This document shows positions 46,414-58,700 of a stretch of 64,000 bases of DNA, in pieces. Position 1 is the stretch's first letter; every line of letters begins with the position of its first letter. The notes below the pieces were generated by a model. It was not told where the DNA came from. It did not search any database and saw only the letters and a list, made by a program, of their open reading frames with translations. Source of the DNA: a virus; IMG/VR virus record IMGVR_UViG_3300025120_006500, positions 2,685 to 66,684 of that record; one strand, given 5' to 3'. Made by a program: the position numbers and the translations under genes.

Positions 46414-47784
46414 CTATGCTTCTCTTTGGAACCAAAAATCTCCATCTTTACCAGCACTTGCATCTGGTTCTGCTGTACTTACCCACTTTGCACTACCACT
46501 CCAATACTGTGTTGCTTTACTAACATAATTACCTGTTGCAATAGTAGTATTACCTAATGCACTAGTGTTAGCAAAATATTGATGGAATGCTGTTGGAGTA
46601 ATAATACCTTGTGTTACTGCTGTTGCTCCACTAGTTAATGCTACTCCGCTAGTTGTTGCACTTAGAACCTGTGTATTTGCAACCACAAGATTAGCAGTTG
46701 TAGTATCCATCCAAGCATACGTCCAACTTGCTTTATTAACCTTATAAGGATATAATCCTGAATTATTTGTTACCCACTGTGTAGTAGCTACTGTAGTATC
46801 TGCTGTACCTGTACCTTGTGTTACTGCTGATAAGTTGCCACTAAATGTACCTGTTGTTCCACTTAATAGACCAACTACTGTTGCTGTTGTTCTAACTGTT
46901 AAATTAGTTGTTATATCTGCCGCAACCATTCTAGTCATACTAGAATTACTATCTATGGTTAGTGTTTCTAGACTACCATTTTTAAATACAATATCGCCAG
47001 CTTTGTTGTTAGTTATCGTAACATTACCTGTTGAATCTGAAATAATACTAGCATTAGTATCTAGTCCTATTACAACATTTGCTAATGTAATTTTATTTGT
47101 AGCAGTGTCTTCAGCATTCGAACGTAGATAACTTGCGGCCAATTGACCACCTAGGTATGACGCATTATTTGCAGTAGCCCAAATTGTAGCTGAGTTAAGA
47201 CTAGTATTACCATTAATACCTTGCTTGATTGTTGCGTATCCAATAATTGGAGTTTGTGGAGTAAAGTCAGCATCTTTTGAAATTATTTGTGTACGTGCAT
47301 TATCTAAATATAAACTAAGAACATTATGACTTGATGCACCACTGTCAGTGATAGTTTCCCAAATTGCACCACTACCATTACGTTGAGGTCCTACTAATTT
47401 CCAGCCTGCTACATTAAATGGCGTTGTTCCATCATAAACATATAACTGTCCGTAACTGGTATCCCACCAAATATCGCCTGATACTGTTGTTGTGGGTGCT
47501 GTTCCTTGTGATGTTGCTGAACTAACTGTTTTAAATTCTGCTCCTGTGTACACACTTAACCTATTAGTTGATGTACTCCACCATAATTGGCCGGCGAGCG
47601 GATTAGCTGGACTTGATGAACGAGCAAAGTTCTCAATCATATGTACTAAATCATTAGCAATTAATTGACCATAGTCACTATAATTTTTACCAATTAATGT
47701 AACACTGGTAAAGCTAGTATTAATCGTTCCGTCGACGATTGTACCTAGTGTGGTTCCGTCTGTTTTAGTTATGGTATATGCCAT
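46414..47784 (-). CDS. Tail fibre-like structural protein
   Basis: TLIGKNY..YG...ENF...P..PL.GQLW and repeated P.....GD.W units; Thr/Gly-rich body. Confidence 0.75.
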   Translation of the reverse strand: MAYTITKTDGTTLGTIVDGTINTSFTSVTLIGKNYSDYGQLIANDLVHMIENFARSSSPANPLAGQLWWSTSTNRLSVYTGAEFKTVSSATSQGTAPTTTVSGDIWWDTSYGQLYVYDGTTPFNVAGWKLVGPQRNGSGAIWETITDSGASSHNVLSLYLDNARTQIISKDADFTPQTPIIGYATIKQGINGNTSLNSATIWATANNASYLGGQLAASYLRSNAEDTATNKITLANVVIGLDTNASIISDSTGNVTITNNKAGDIVFKNGSLETLTIDSNSSMTRMVAADITTNLTVRTTATVVGLLSGTTGTFSGNLSAVTQGTGTADTTVATTQWVTNNSGLYPYKVNKASWTYAWMDTTTANLVVANTQVLSATTSGVALTSGATAVTQGIITPTAFHQYFANTSALGNTTIATGNYVSKATQYWSGSAKWVSTAEPDASAGKDGDFWFQREA

Positions 47785-47802
47785 TGTTTTTCCCTAGTCC
47801 TT

Positions 47803-48471
47803 TTATCCCTGACTACTTAAATTCGTCAATGTCTGTATTCTTACTGTATAATCAATTTGTATTAACCTATTCAATGATTTTTGTATTGGGCTAAAAATCA
47901 CGTGTGTTAATAACTTACCTGTTCCTGCACCATTAGTACTATACCCTTTGAGTCCTAACTCATCGAAAACAAATTGTCCATTTAAATCTTGACTATTATC
48001 AAATACACTTTGCCCACTAGGCTCACCGTAGTCTAATAGACAACTAACTATTATATCAGTATAAACAAATCCTGGTGTATGTGTAACAACTATTTTATTT
48101 CTTGTAGGATCAGTATTCGTTGCATTTGTATCGTCAACTATTTTATAATACTGCGGACTATATAAGTCAGCGTTTTGTACATTGGTATTAGTAGGCAAGT
48201 ATGTAATTACACCAGTTGTGTCAACCGTTGTCCCACCGTTACCAAACCACATTTCTGATATGTATCCAGTGCCTTTATTACTAACGCTAAGTGCAAGTGC
48301 TTCACTCATATTTTCATAGTGAATAGCATTACGCTTATCTACGTAAACTTCTTCACTTTCAGGGTCAAATATTTTGATATGACCTTGTACGTGAACACCA
48401 CCTATATCATCAGGTTTCTTTTCTTGTTGAGTCACTTCCGTTTCCTGTTTGTTATCTTTATTATCGTCCAT
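47803..48471 (-). CDS. Putative baseplate/tail structural protein
   Basis: Beta-rich 222-aa ORF among structural genes, with its own late element. Confidence 0.6.
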   Translation of the reverse strand: MDDNKDNKQETEVTQQEKKPDDIGGVHVQGHIKIFDPESEEVYVDKRNAIHYENMSEALALSVSNKGTGYISEMWFGNGGTTVDTTGVITYLPTNTNVQNADLYSPQYYKIVDDTNATNTDPTRNKIVVTHTPGFVYTDIIVSCLLDYGEPSGQSVFDNSQDLNGQFVFDELGLKGYSTNGAGTGKLLTHVIFSPIQKSLNRLIQIDYTVRIQTLTNLSSQG

Positions 48472-48476
48472 ATGCT

Positions 48477-48483
48477 TATTTAT
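48477..48483 (-). promoter_or_regulatory. T4-late-like promoter element ATAAATA
   Basis: The - strand reads GATAAATA-AGCAT-ATG. Confidence 0.6.
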
Positions 48484-48505
48484 CGCTTATTAACCATGGG
48501 GTATT

Positions 48506-49768
48506 TTAACCTACTCTGTACCATATTCCACCAGTACCACCACCAACAAACATCAATTTAACTTCAGTGTTGGCCCCAAGAGCAACGTTTCCTAATCTTG
48601 TTACTGTGCTTACCCATGGACTTATTGTTCTTAAGAACTGAATTTGTACATTTGAGCTAATTGTTAACATTCTTCCATCTTGCACTGTGTTAGGTAATGT
48701 TACATCTGTAAAGAAACTAACTGGTGCAGGGTCTGATGTTGGTGCAACTAGCAATCTTGTGTTAGTTGCCGCTATTGTAAGTGCTACATTAGCTGATGGG
48801 TTTGTAATTTGATATGCACTTGTTATATCAGCATCATCAATATATCCTTTAATGCCAATATTTGCTACTGATACTTTGTTGTCAGTGTAACCTATTTGCC
48901 CAATATTGGCTGTTGTAACTTTGTTGTCAGTGTAACCTATTTGCCCAATATTTGCTACTGATACTTTGTTATCTGTATAACCTATTTGCCCAATATTTGC
49001 TGTTACTATGCCAGCAGTAACAATAGTATTTGCTACTGATACTTTGTTGTCTGTATAACCTATCTGTCCGATGTTTGCTACTGATACTTTGTTGTCTGTA
49101 TAACCTATCTGTCCGATGTTTGCTGTTACTATGCCAGCCGTAACAATAGTATTTGCTACTGATACTTTGTTATCTGTATAACCTATTTGCCCAATGTTTG
49201 CTGTTACTATTCCAGCAGTAACAATAGTATTTGCTACAGTAACTAAATTAAGTGTGTACCCTATTTGTCCTATATTAGCTGTGTTTACTCTTGATGTTAT
49301 AACACTATCTTGGACTGTGTTAGCAAAATCAGTATACCCTTTTAGTGCAAGATTTGATCTAGTTATACCAGTTGCTGTTATAGTATTTGCTAGTCCAACA
49401 AATCCAATCATACCTGTATTAGCTGTTACTATGCCAGCAGTAACTATGGTATTACTTAATGTTGTTGCGGCATTAACAGCACTAATTTGTCCATTAACAT
49501 AACTAATTGTGCCAGTACCAACGTTGGCCGCGGCAACTTGGCCATCAACATAGCCTTTCATTATAGTGTTAGCGAATGCTGTTGCTGAATTACTAGCCGC
49601 TACATTTGCATCTGTTTGTGCTACCACAAATGTTTTTAATTCGTCTACTGTGCTTTTGAGAGTGGTCGGCAAGCCAATGAGATTACCTACCATAGGTAAG
49701 TACACATTTCCTGTAAGTCCCTGCACTGTGGCTGTTATATTAGCCAGTTCACTTATTTTAATTGCCAT
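48506..49768 (-). CDS. Fibre protein with an 11/15-residue repeat stalk
   Basis: N-terminal IKISEL motif; central repeats; small C-terminal head (TLP....DG...W.RV). Confidence 0.75.
   Translation of the reverse strand: MAIKISELANITATVQGLTGNVYLPMVGNLIGLPTTLKSTVDELKTFVVAQTDANVAASNSATAFANTIMKGYVDGQVAAANVGTGTISYVNGQISAVNAATTLSNTIVTAGIVTANTGMIGFVGLANTITATGITRSNLALKGYTDFANTVQDSVITSRVNTANIGQIGYTLNLVTVANTIVTAGIVTANIGQIGYTDNKVSVANTIVTAGIVTANIGQIGYTDNKVSVANIGQIGYTDNKVSVANTIVTAGIVTANIGQIGYTDNKVSVANIGQIGYTDNKVTTANIGQIGYTDNKVSVANIGIKGYIDDADITSAYQITNPSANVALTIAATNTRLLVAPTSDPAPVSFFTDVTLPNTVQDGRMLTISSNVQIQFLRTISPWVSTVTRLGNVALGANTEVKLMFVGGGTGGIWYRVG
48833..49456 (-). repeat. In-frame mosaic tandem repeat of 45-nt and 33-nt units
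   Basis: Units encode ANIGQIGYTDNKVSV (15 aa) and ANTIVTAGIVT (11 aa), with synonymous variation between copies. Confidence 0.9.
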
Positions 49769-52700
49769 TTAACCGCGTTCCCCTTCGAGTAAGTCTGTTC
49801 CATCTTCTGTAGATATTGTATTTATCGCGTCTTCAGTTATTATTAAATCCGGTAGTGAATCAAATAATCCATCAGCATACGCCGCTTTTAAGAATAATAT
49901 TTGACTTGTAGTATCTCCGTCAAATCCTCTACCATCTGTAGCAGTATTTGCTCCAGCTGAGTACCAACTATTTGTTTGAGTTAATATTGATCCTTTTCCA
50001 ATAGTAACATTACCGCCACCTACCCAAGGTGTTACGTTGCCTTGTAGCGTTCTTGCAATCGGATACACATTAGTAAAGCTACCTTTAACTGTTAGGTTTG
50101 ATGATAACACTGGAACAGCATTTGAATTTGTAGGGAATATTGTAACATTACTACCATTAATAGCAATAATATTTCCTGTACCTAATGATAAAGGTGTAAT
50201 ACCATTATAGCGTATCTGTACACTTGTTTTACCAGCATTTGATATTGATACTTGTGCATTTGCATCACTACTTGGTTGTGTAATTACATCACCAACATTA
50301 GCTGATACGTTTCCACTTAGAGTTACAACTACATTTGAATATGTAAAGTTATCAGTACCATTAAAGTTAACCCATATTGATTTAGCAATTGAATTACCAC
50401 CTATCACTGTAACGTTTCCGCCTGACGCTTGTGTAATTATATCTCCTACATTAGCTTGCAAGTTTGCACTTAATTCAAGTATGTATGGGACAAACGTTGT
50501 TGCAACATATGTTGTATTTGCACTTAGCGTAACATTGCCAAGTGCCGAGCTCGGAACTATTTGATCTTTACTTCCATCAACTACTCTAGTGCCAACAGTT
50601 TGTAATCCTTGTGCTGTACCTTGTGTTCCACGTCTAACCTGACCTAATGTATTTCCAATCACACTCCAATACGTTATTCTTTCTGCACCAAGCCATATAA
50701 CTCCTGGTGTATTTTTACCTGCATTTGGTATTGTTAATCTACTTGCGTCATCAACTGTAAGTGTGTCTTCTTTACCACCTTCAGTAAGTTCTGTTGTTAA
50801 CCAAGTACTGAACGAATCACTAACACGTGTATACACTGTGTCATCGACCATATTATCCCAAAGTCTATAAGCAATTACATTACCTACATTAGCAATATTT
50901 CCGCCCTGGTTAATTTTAGTATAAGTTACAATTTCTAAACTATCAAATGTTCTACCTGGAATTAGTTCTTGTGGTGCGTGACTTCCGTAAGTATCAACAT
51001 ATTCTCCGCCATCAACATCAATTTCTTCAACTGACTCTGCACCTGCGTATGTACTTCGTATAATAGTATCTAGATCATATGAACTAGAAGTAGCAATACC
51101 ATCTTCGTCATATTCAACATTATCAAATACACTAGTATCATATCGTGTTCCGGCTGTTGAGCTAAGAATATCTACTGATAGTGGATATGCAGATTTCCAT
51201 ATGCCATCTACCTGAACATTACCACCCCTGTAAGATACATTAGCCTGTGTATTCGCTGTGTATCCACTTATGAAATCAGCTGTAGTTTGTATAGTACCTT
51301 GTACTTTGACTGATGACCAAACTTTAGTAACTGATATTGACGCATCTACTACATCAAACGCTATCTGAGTATTACCGCCAATTGTACTTGATATTGGTCT
51401 AATGATTGAGTTACTCCAAGTATACGCTCCACCAAAGTCTAGATTAGCAACGAATACATTTGCGGCAAGTGGTGCACCGTCTAAGAATAAATTACCTGTA
51501 GTATTAAAGTTATTATTATTATTTTTAAGGAAGTAGCCACTTAGTGAGTTAACAATATTGCCATGGAAAGTTCCATTTTGTACAGTATTACCATATACTG
51601 TTACATTTGCAAGACTGCCATCTTGTGTAATAAACTGTCCAACATTTGCTGTAATAGCATTAGCAAAATTTATTAAAACATCAGCTTCTGGTTGTATTAT
51701 TAGATTACCTGTATGTCCAGATACCAGACCATGGGCGGCATTAAAGGTTACGTTAGCCGTTATTGATCCTGCAAATCCATCACCTTGATTAAATGGTATG
51801 CCTGTAACTTTTACACCTGGATAATCAATTCCGTGTATTAATTGTTTTAGATCTTTAGCTGGCATATCATCTTGTGGATCGTAGTATGCCATTATGCGAT
51901 CATTTGCATTATTAAATAACTCAGCTGAGTAAACTGTATAATCACCAGGATTAAATATTATTCCTGTTGTTAGATTTGCAGTTACTTTATACCCTTCCCC
52001 AAGATAACTTACAATAGTATTTGCTTCAAAGAATGTATTAGACTGCCAGTTTTGTACACTGCTGTCATATGTAATACGATCAAATTTTAATGTACTATCA
52101 AATGTTCTTACATCATTATTTTCTAATACTGCATATCCTTCTGCAGGAATGCTTGATGAGCCATTAATAGTTACTGTTGGAGTTAAGTAATATCCACTAC
52201 CTTCGGTTACTACTGTGATACTAGTTACTGTTCCTGTGTCGCCATCAATTGTTGCAGTTGCAGTTGCCTGCATATTAGCATTTCCTTGTCCGCCACCTGA
52301 TACTGTAACTGTAGGAATGTTTGCATATCCTTGTCCTGGATTAGTTATTATTATTGTTGAAACGTGGAAGTTTCTATTTTGATACCATTGAGGATACATC
52401 TCATTAATGAGTGTACTTACTCCACCTTCATTGAGATATCCTGTACTCCATAGCTGTGTATCTTTTGTAGGATACGTTCCATCTGGACTACGATATCTTT
52501 TAAGCTCAGGATCATAGTAGCTTGGTAAATCAAAGTCAGTTGTTGACCCTTGATAGGTATCATCGCCTTTGTATTCAGTTATATACTCTCTAATCTTAGT
52601 TCTGTATGGTTTGATTTCTTCAATATAACTTTGATAATAGCTAGTATTATCTCTAATATAATCAGGTGGTTGAGTTAGTTCTCTCAAGAAGTGTGTCACT

Positions 52701-55700
52701 GATAAGAAACTTGATTTAAATATCCAATCTACATTTTTCTGTTCACTGAATAGATAATTAATCATTACAAAGAATAAATTATTAAATTCACCTTGTAACT
52801 CATTAATGAATATATCATTTTGAAGTGCTTCGATAATATATCTAATTTCTATGTTCGGGCTTTGATCAAATCTGTTAGCTGAATATCCTTGGTTACCAAA
52901 TCCAATACCGTTGTCGTTAAAGTCACCTAATGTTTCATTTAATTTTATAGTTCCGTTTTCTATTCCTACTACAACGTAAGTACCATCTTCCGCAACAGTT
53001 AATAAATTCCATCCGCCACCTTGACCGTTAGCTACTTTAACTAAAACTTCATCACCAGGTCTTACTCCAACACCGGCTACATCTGGAAGTGTCTCAACTA
53101 CAAATTCAATAAACTCATCTGGACCAAATCCTGTTGCATACCAATCAATGTAACTCCAATACAACGAACTCTTATAACTTTGTACCTGTATTATTTCCCA
53201 AGTCTTGTCTGCGTTTAATGAATGTAAAGTCCAAAGATTATCTTGTTCTGTATTTTGATTAACTAATACTTTATATCCTGTAGCTAAAGGAGTTGTGTTA
53301 ATGTATTCTAGATCTATTTCTGTATCTACCTCTAGATCATACTCACCTAACTTCAAGCTAGGTTTAGCTTCTTGAGCTAACATACCTGTTAAATCATATT
53401 GTCTTGCTATTGGCTTCTTAATTAGCACACTGTTTACGTATAAAATAAGATCAGTCATTGCTCTTAATCTGTCAATAAACATACCTTGTCTAGGACGTAT
53501 GAATATTCCGTATCTATCTGCTACACTAAGTTTTGGATCTGGAACTACATCTCCTATAGAATCTATACCAGATAAACTATCAATCATCTTATCTGAAATT
53601 CTAGATGGTATAAGACTGTCTGGATTTTTCTTCTGTACTAGATCATATTCACTGTGTATGATGTTGGTGTTTATAACATAATCATAATCTATATGTAATA
53701 TAGTATTCGAAGCTGACAGATATTGACTAACGTTATAGACTGTTACTGCATTCTGTTGAATTATGGCCGCATAACTAATTCCTTGTTCTTTAGGATTTTC
53801 AATAAGATTTGCTATTGACACAATTGGTAAATTACGTGTATCGTTATTCGGATCAACACTAGTCTTATCAGTTACCCAATAATAGTATTTGCTAATAATA
53901 ATATTTGTTGTTTCATCTACCTGTGTAATCTCAACGTAGTGACTGTCATCTGCAAACTTAGGTACACCCTCGCCACCATTTTCAACGTATTGGCTAGGCA
54001 ATACTGTGCTTTCTACCCATTCGCATATTTCTACTACACTGCCTGGGAATAATCTTCCCCAGTTAATACTACGATATGTTAATGAGCCTTGTTCATAGTC
54101 AATGTATCTTAGTGCTTCGAGGTTCCACCAAACTTGTCCTACTTGTACTGTACCCCAATAATAATTAGTGTTAGCATTTTTGCCTTTATTATATACAGCT
54201 GGATCATATTCTGTTTTGAAACTAATGTCTTGATCTGCTTGCCCTACTATCTTACCTTTAGCTGGATCAATAAACTGTAAGTTTGTATGTATTTCGTTTT
54301 CTAAACTATTGTATAGATAAAGTCTGTTAACAGAATTTACATCAACTTGTGGCTGTTGATATCTTATAAGATCCCATCCACGTTGCATTGTTGGATTATT
54401 AAATATGTAAACACTGCCTGCATCATTTAATGTAGTATCATCACCAGGTGCTGACACCAGTATGTATCCATTAATGGTATCAACGGCTGTACCAAATTGA
54501 TCACCTGGATTAAGTTGTCCTGAATTTAATTGTTGTGCAAAAGCATAGCGACCTGGCTGTTCAACTTCGTTACGAGGATCATCATAAAGTTCATAAACAT
54601 ATACGCTACCACTACCGGAAATACTATCAAAGAATCTTGTTGACGTTTGATCTAACACCATTGTTTTAGTATCGAATGTTGTATAGCCTTTTGTTGTTCC
54701 TTTTTCACTACCGATCACAAGCATATAGGCATTCTGTGCTAACACTACTTTACTACCAAAGTTTTCACCTACGGTATTGTAAGGGTTAAGAATGATTTGC
54801 ATAAATGCAAACACTCGCATATCAGCATCGGCTAACACACCATCACTTCCCGAAGGTTGGCCAGCATTTATACGCATTAAGTTTTTACTAGTTGTAGTTG
54901 TTGAATTTAACTGCCACTGATAATTAACACTCTCTGAACTAATACCTAGTATGTTAGCGTCATTAACATCTTTTACCAGACTGTCAATACTAGCAACAGG
55001 GAATGCTGTAGTTGAAACTCCTTTAACTCTTATAGTGCCACTGTTGAACGTAAATAGATTACCAGTTTGGCTACCACCAAGTTTAATATTACCACCTGTT
55101 GACAAGTGCCTTGATCCACTACCGGCAGTATTAGCCATAACTGTAACATTTGCATAATATGCACTACCTAAATCTTGACTAATAAGATCGCCTACATTAG
55201 CTCTTACATTACTGCTTAAGGTTAACACATTACTAGTTGCATATATTAATGGTATGCTAGTAACTTCAGTAACTGTACTAGCTAGCACATTACCTGGCAT
55301 CATTCTACCACTAACTGTTACTTCAAAATTGTTTAATCTAAGGGTGTCGCCAGCAGTAAATGTTGGATCAAATGTAAAGCCAGTGTTAGTTCCATATAGT
55401 GTTCCTCTGTTATGGAACTTCCAAACAGCACCAACACCATACGCTGTACCATTATTATAATATGGTGCACCAATATATATTGCACAGTTGTTTGAACAAA
55501 TTGTTAGGCTAGTACCAAACGCCGCATTGGCCTGTACTGTTGAAGTATTACCTTCTAGTGTAGTAACTCCTGACAGTGTTTCTAATAAGAACAATTTATT
55601 TGTTTCTATTTTTACTATTTGCCCTGAAGCCGGTGGATTAATAAATCTTAGTGTGTTAGTACCAATACCACTCGGTAAGAAATAATTATCAACTTCAACA

Positions 55701-58700
55701 TCTTCTACTGTAACTCGATGTACTAGATCAATATCTTCTGTTGTTATATAATCTGCAAGACCAGTTGTGTTAAATGCTTCAATAGTCCTATCATACATAA
55801 ACACTGATCCAGCATTAGCCTGCCATCCGCCACGAGCAAACACATTACCACTAGGTGCACCAACACCAAGCTGTGCTCCATCGAGGCTACAATCTACCGC
55901 TGATCCAAATTTACTGTTGGCTTCACCTTGTATTGTATTTGCTAGACTATAATAAGGAGCCTGTTCAATTACATATGTATCTTGAACTAGGTTATTTTTA
56001 AATGTAATTGTTGTACCGTTTAAAGTATAATCTAAATTAGCAATAAAGACTCTATTTGAGTTTGATACTTTAAGTGACTCAGCTGACAGTGAACAATTTG
56101 GAGTAAAGCTAGTTGTAATAATATTAATATTTGATATAGTATATGTTCTTCCATTTGGTGCGGCAATATTAGTAGAAGAGTCAATGCTATTAATAAAGAT
56201 ATTACCAGTACCAGTAAATCCTGATAGGTTGTCAACAATTATATTTGAATTATTTGTCCAGCGTCCTTCGAGAACAATAGCTTCACCACCGGTCGATGGC
56301 ATTGTAATATGGTCCCCTGGACTTGCAGTAAATGTATTACCTGAAAGACTTAGTGTATTTCTATTGTTAATAGATATTGTATCTTTTTCTAGAGTAACGT
56401 GATCATTCCTACCATACACATAAACTTTATCGCTACCTGGTGCACCTACATATAACCAAGTACCATTTTGATCAACACTTACTGCCTCACCAAATCTGTC
56501 CATGGTAGGTCTTGTTGCTGACAAGTTTCCACTCCACACAATCTGCGGAACATCATAATTACTAGTACCTTCTGCTCTGTTGTAAACATAAACAAAACCT
56601 ATGTTACCGTAACTTCCTGGTGATCCAACTACAACCTGTCCTGGGTTAGCTTGGTCGATACTATATCCAAATTCTCTATTTGTTATTGCCGCATTACCTG
56701 CATAAGGTATTAACTGTGTGCCAATTTCAAAATTACCTTGGAAGTTTTGTGCAAAAACATTAACTACGCCAGTTATTTCTTCACTTCCACCACTGTATGG
56801 TGTAGAGTTTGCAAATGGACTACCTATTGTAGCAGTTAACCCATCATAACTTAATTTAACACTCTTACCAAACCCGTCATCTTTTTTGTATGAGGTGCTA
56901 GCTTTTAATAGTGTTTGATCATAATCCCATGGTTCTGTTTTTTCGTATACTTTCCAGGTACCTGATTCAGTGTCATATGATTGACCTGTAGCTGTTGTTG
57001 TTTCTGCATCTGTGTCAATCCAAATCTTGTCTCCTACTTTCCATCCATTGATCGGCTCACTAAGTCCGTATATTCTAGCGTCTTCCATATATTCAAATCT
57101 TGAACTTGCTAGTTTGTAGAATGGAGCAACCGCAGTTAATGTAGTCAAACTAGTTAAATTATCTGCGTCGCCAAAATAGTTAACTGTAATTGTTTCTAGA
57201 TCAGGCGTACTGTAAACCTGATAAAATCCGTCAAACTCTGTGCTAAATCCTTGTATAACGAATACATCATTTTCACTAAGTCCGTGTGGTGTGTTTGTAG
57301 TCCAACTAATGTATCCGTCGAGTTCATTAACTAGACCAACTACCTGATTATCTGTTTCTGTAACTCTAAACACATTCCATTTATCATCGAAGTCTTTAGC
57401 ACACCATATGGTATAACCAGACCCAATTTGACTAAGATTAGCATCTAGATCTGTATATGTTTTTATATCAAATATAGTAGTGCTGATGTCATCGATATTA
57501 ACATAACCTGCTGTTAGTATATCATCTTCATAGTCACTGCTTGATGTTCTATTAAGAGCAATGTTAGCATTGAATGAATCAGATTTTCTATAGGTTTGAT
57601 CAATTGAAAATATTGTTACATCATTTGCTAGTCCGGCATCTCCGGTATCAACAAATTGTGCTATAGCAGGATTTACTGAAAACGCACTCTCTTCCAAAGG
57701 AATTTCAACATATGGGTTAGAACCTAATGCTCCGTACTCACCAGTACGCATTGCCCACTCTTCATAGAAGCTAATATTTCCACTTATGTTGTTAAATGTT
57801 GCATCTTTTAATCCGTTAATTGCATTTGCTGTACCTTTTTGTTTGATATAACCTTTATAAAACTCAACCTGTGTTGTATCAGACATACCAAGATCTTCAA
57901 ACCACTGACGTTTTTTAAATCCAATAAGGCCATTACTTTGGTCCTGCTCTGTTTCATTTTTAATTTTACCATAGTCATCGTAATAACTCTGTGACTGTAC
58001 TGCCAATGTTTGGAAGTTGGTTAATAATCCTGTTTGTATTTCATCCTGACTTATTTGTTTCCAAAGAACAAAACTAAATTCTGTAGTGCCTGCAACATCT
58101 TGTAGTGCTACATAGTATTGACTCTTAAAGTCTACCAGATCACCTTTAAGGTAATCTTGTCCAGGTGCCCAACTTGGAACTATGTTATTATTATATATAA
58201 ATCCTGGTGCGAATAAACTACCATCCCACTCCGCAGTTTTTTGCCCAACTAGTTTTAATCTATACTGTCTGTTACCAAGTTGTGGTTGGTATATAACATC
58301 ATTGAATACTGTTACATTATCGAATGTTAATACGTGTTCGTATTGTACTAGATTTAATACTACTAGTGCTAACACATTGTCAGTTGTCAGTGATACATTA
58401 AAGTTAGTAGCTGACCGCTGAACAGTGTAACCTGTATTTTTTATTACGTTAAAGTTTTGATCTATTACTCTACTACCTTGTGATTCATCGGTAATTGCAT
58501 CTACTATGACTCCATCTGTAACTACAGATATTGAATTTGTTACAGGACTTAGTATTAGTAAACTACCATTGTTCCATCCTTGTTGTGCCCAGAATAAAAA
58601 CTCTTTTACTGACAATTTAAAGCTACGTAGTTCTGCTAGATCATCGTCAATTTGATCGAATCTAAATCCTTGTGCTTCAAGGAATCTTTCATAACTGATC

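Noticed and set aside
48833-49279. Direct repeats that could be mistaken for a CRISPR array
   Set aside because: No unique spacers; unit lengths are multiples of 3 with synonymous variation inside an ORF; no cas genes.
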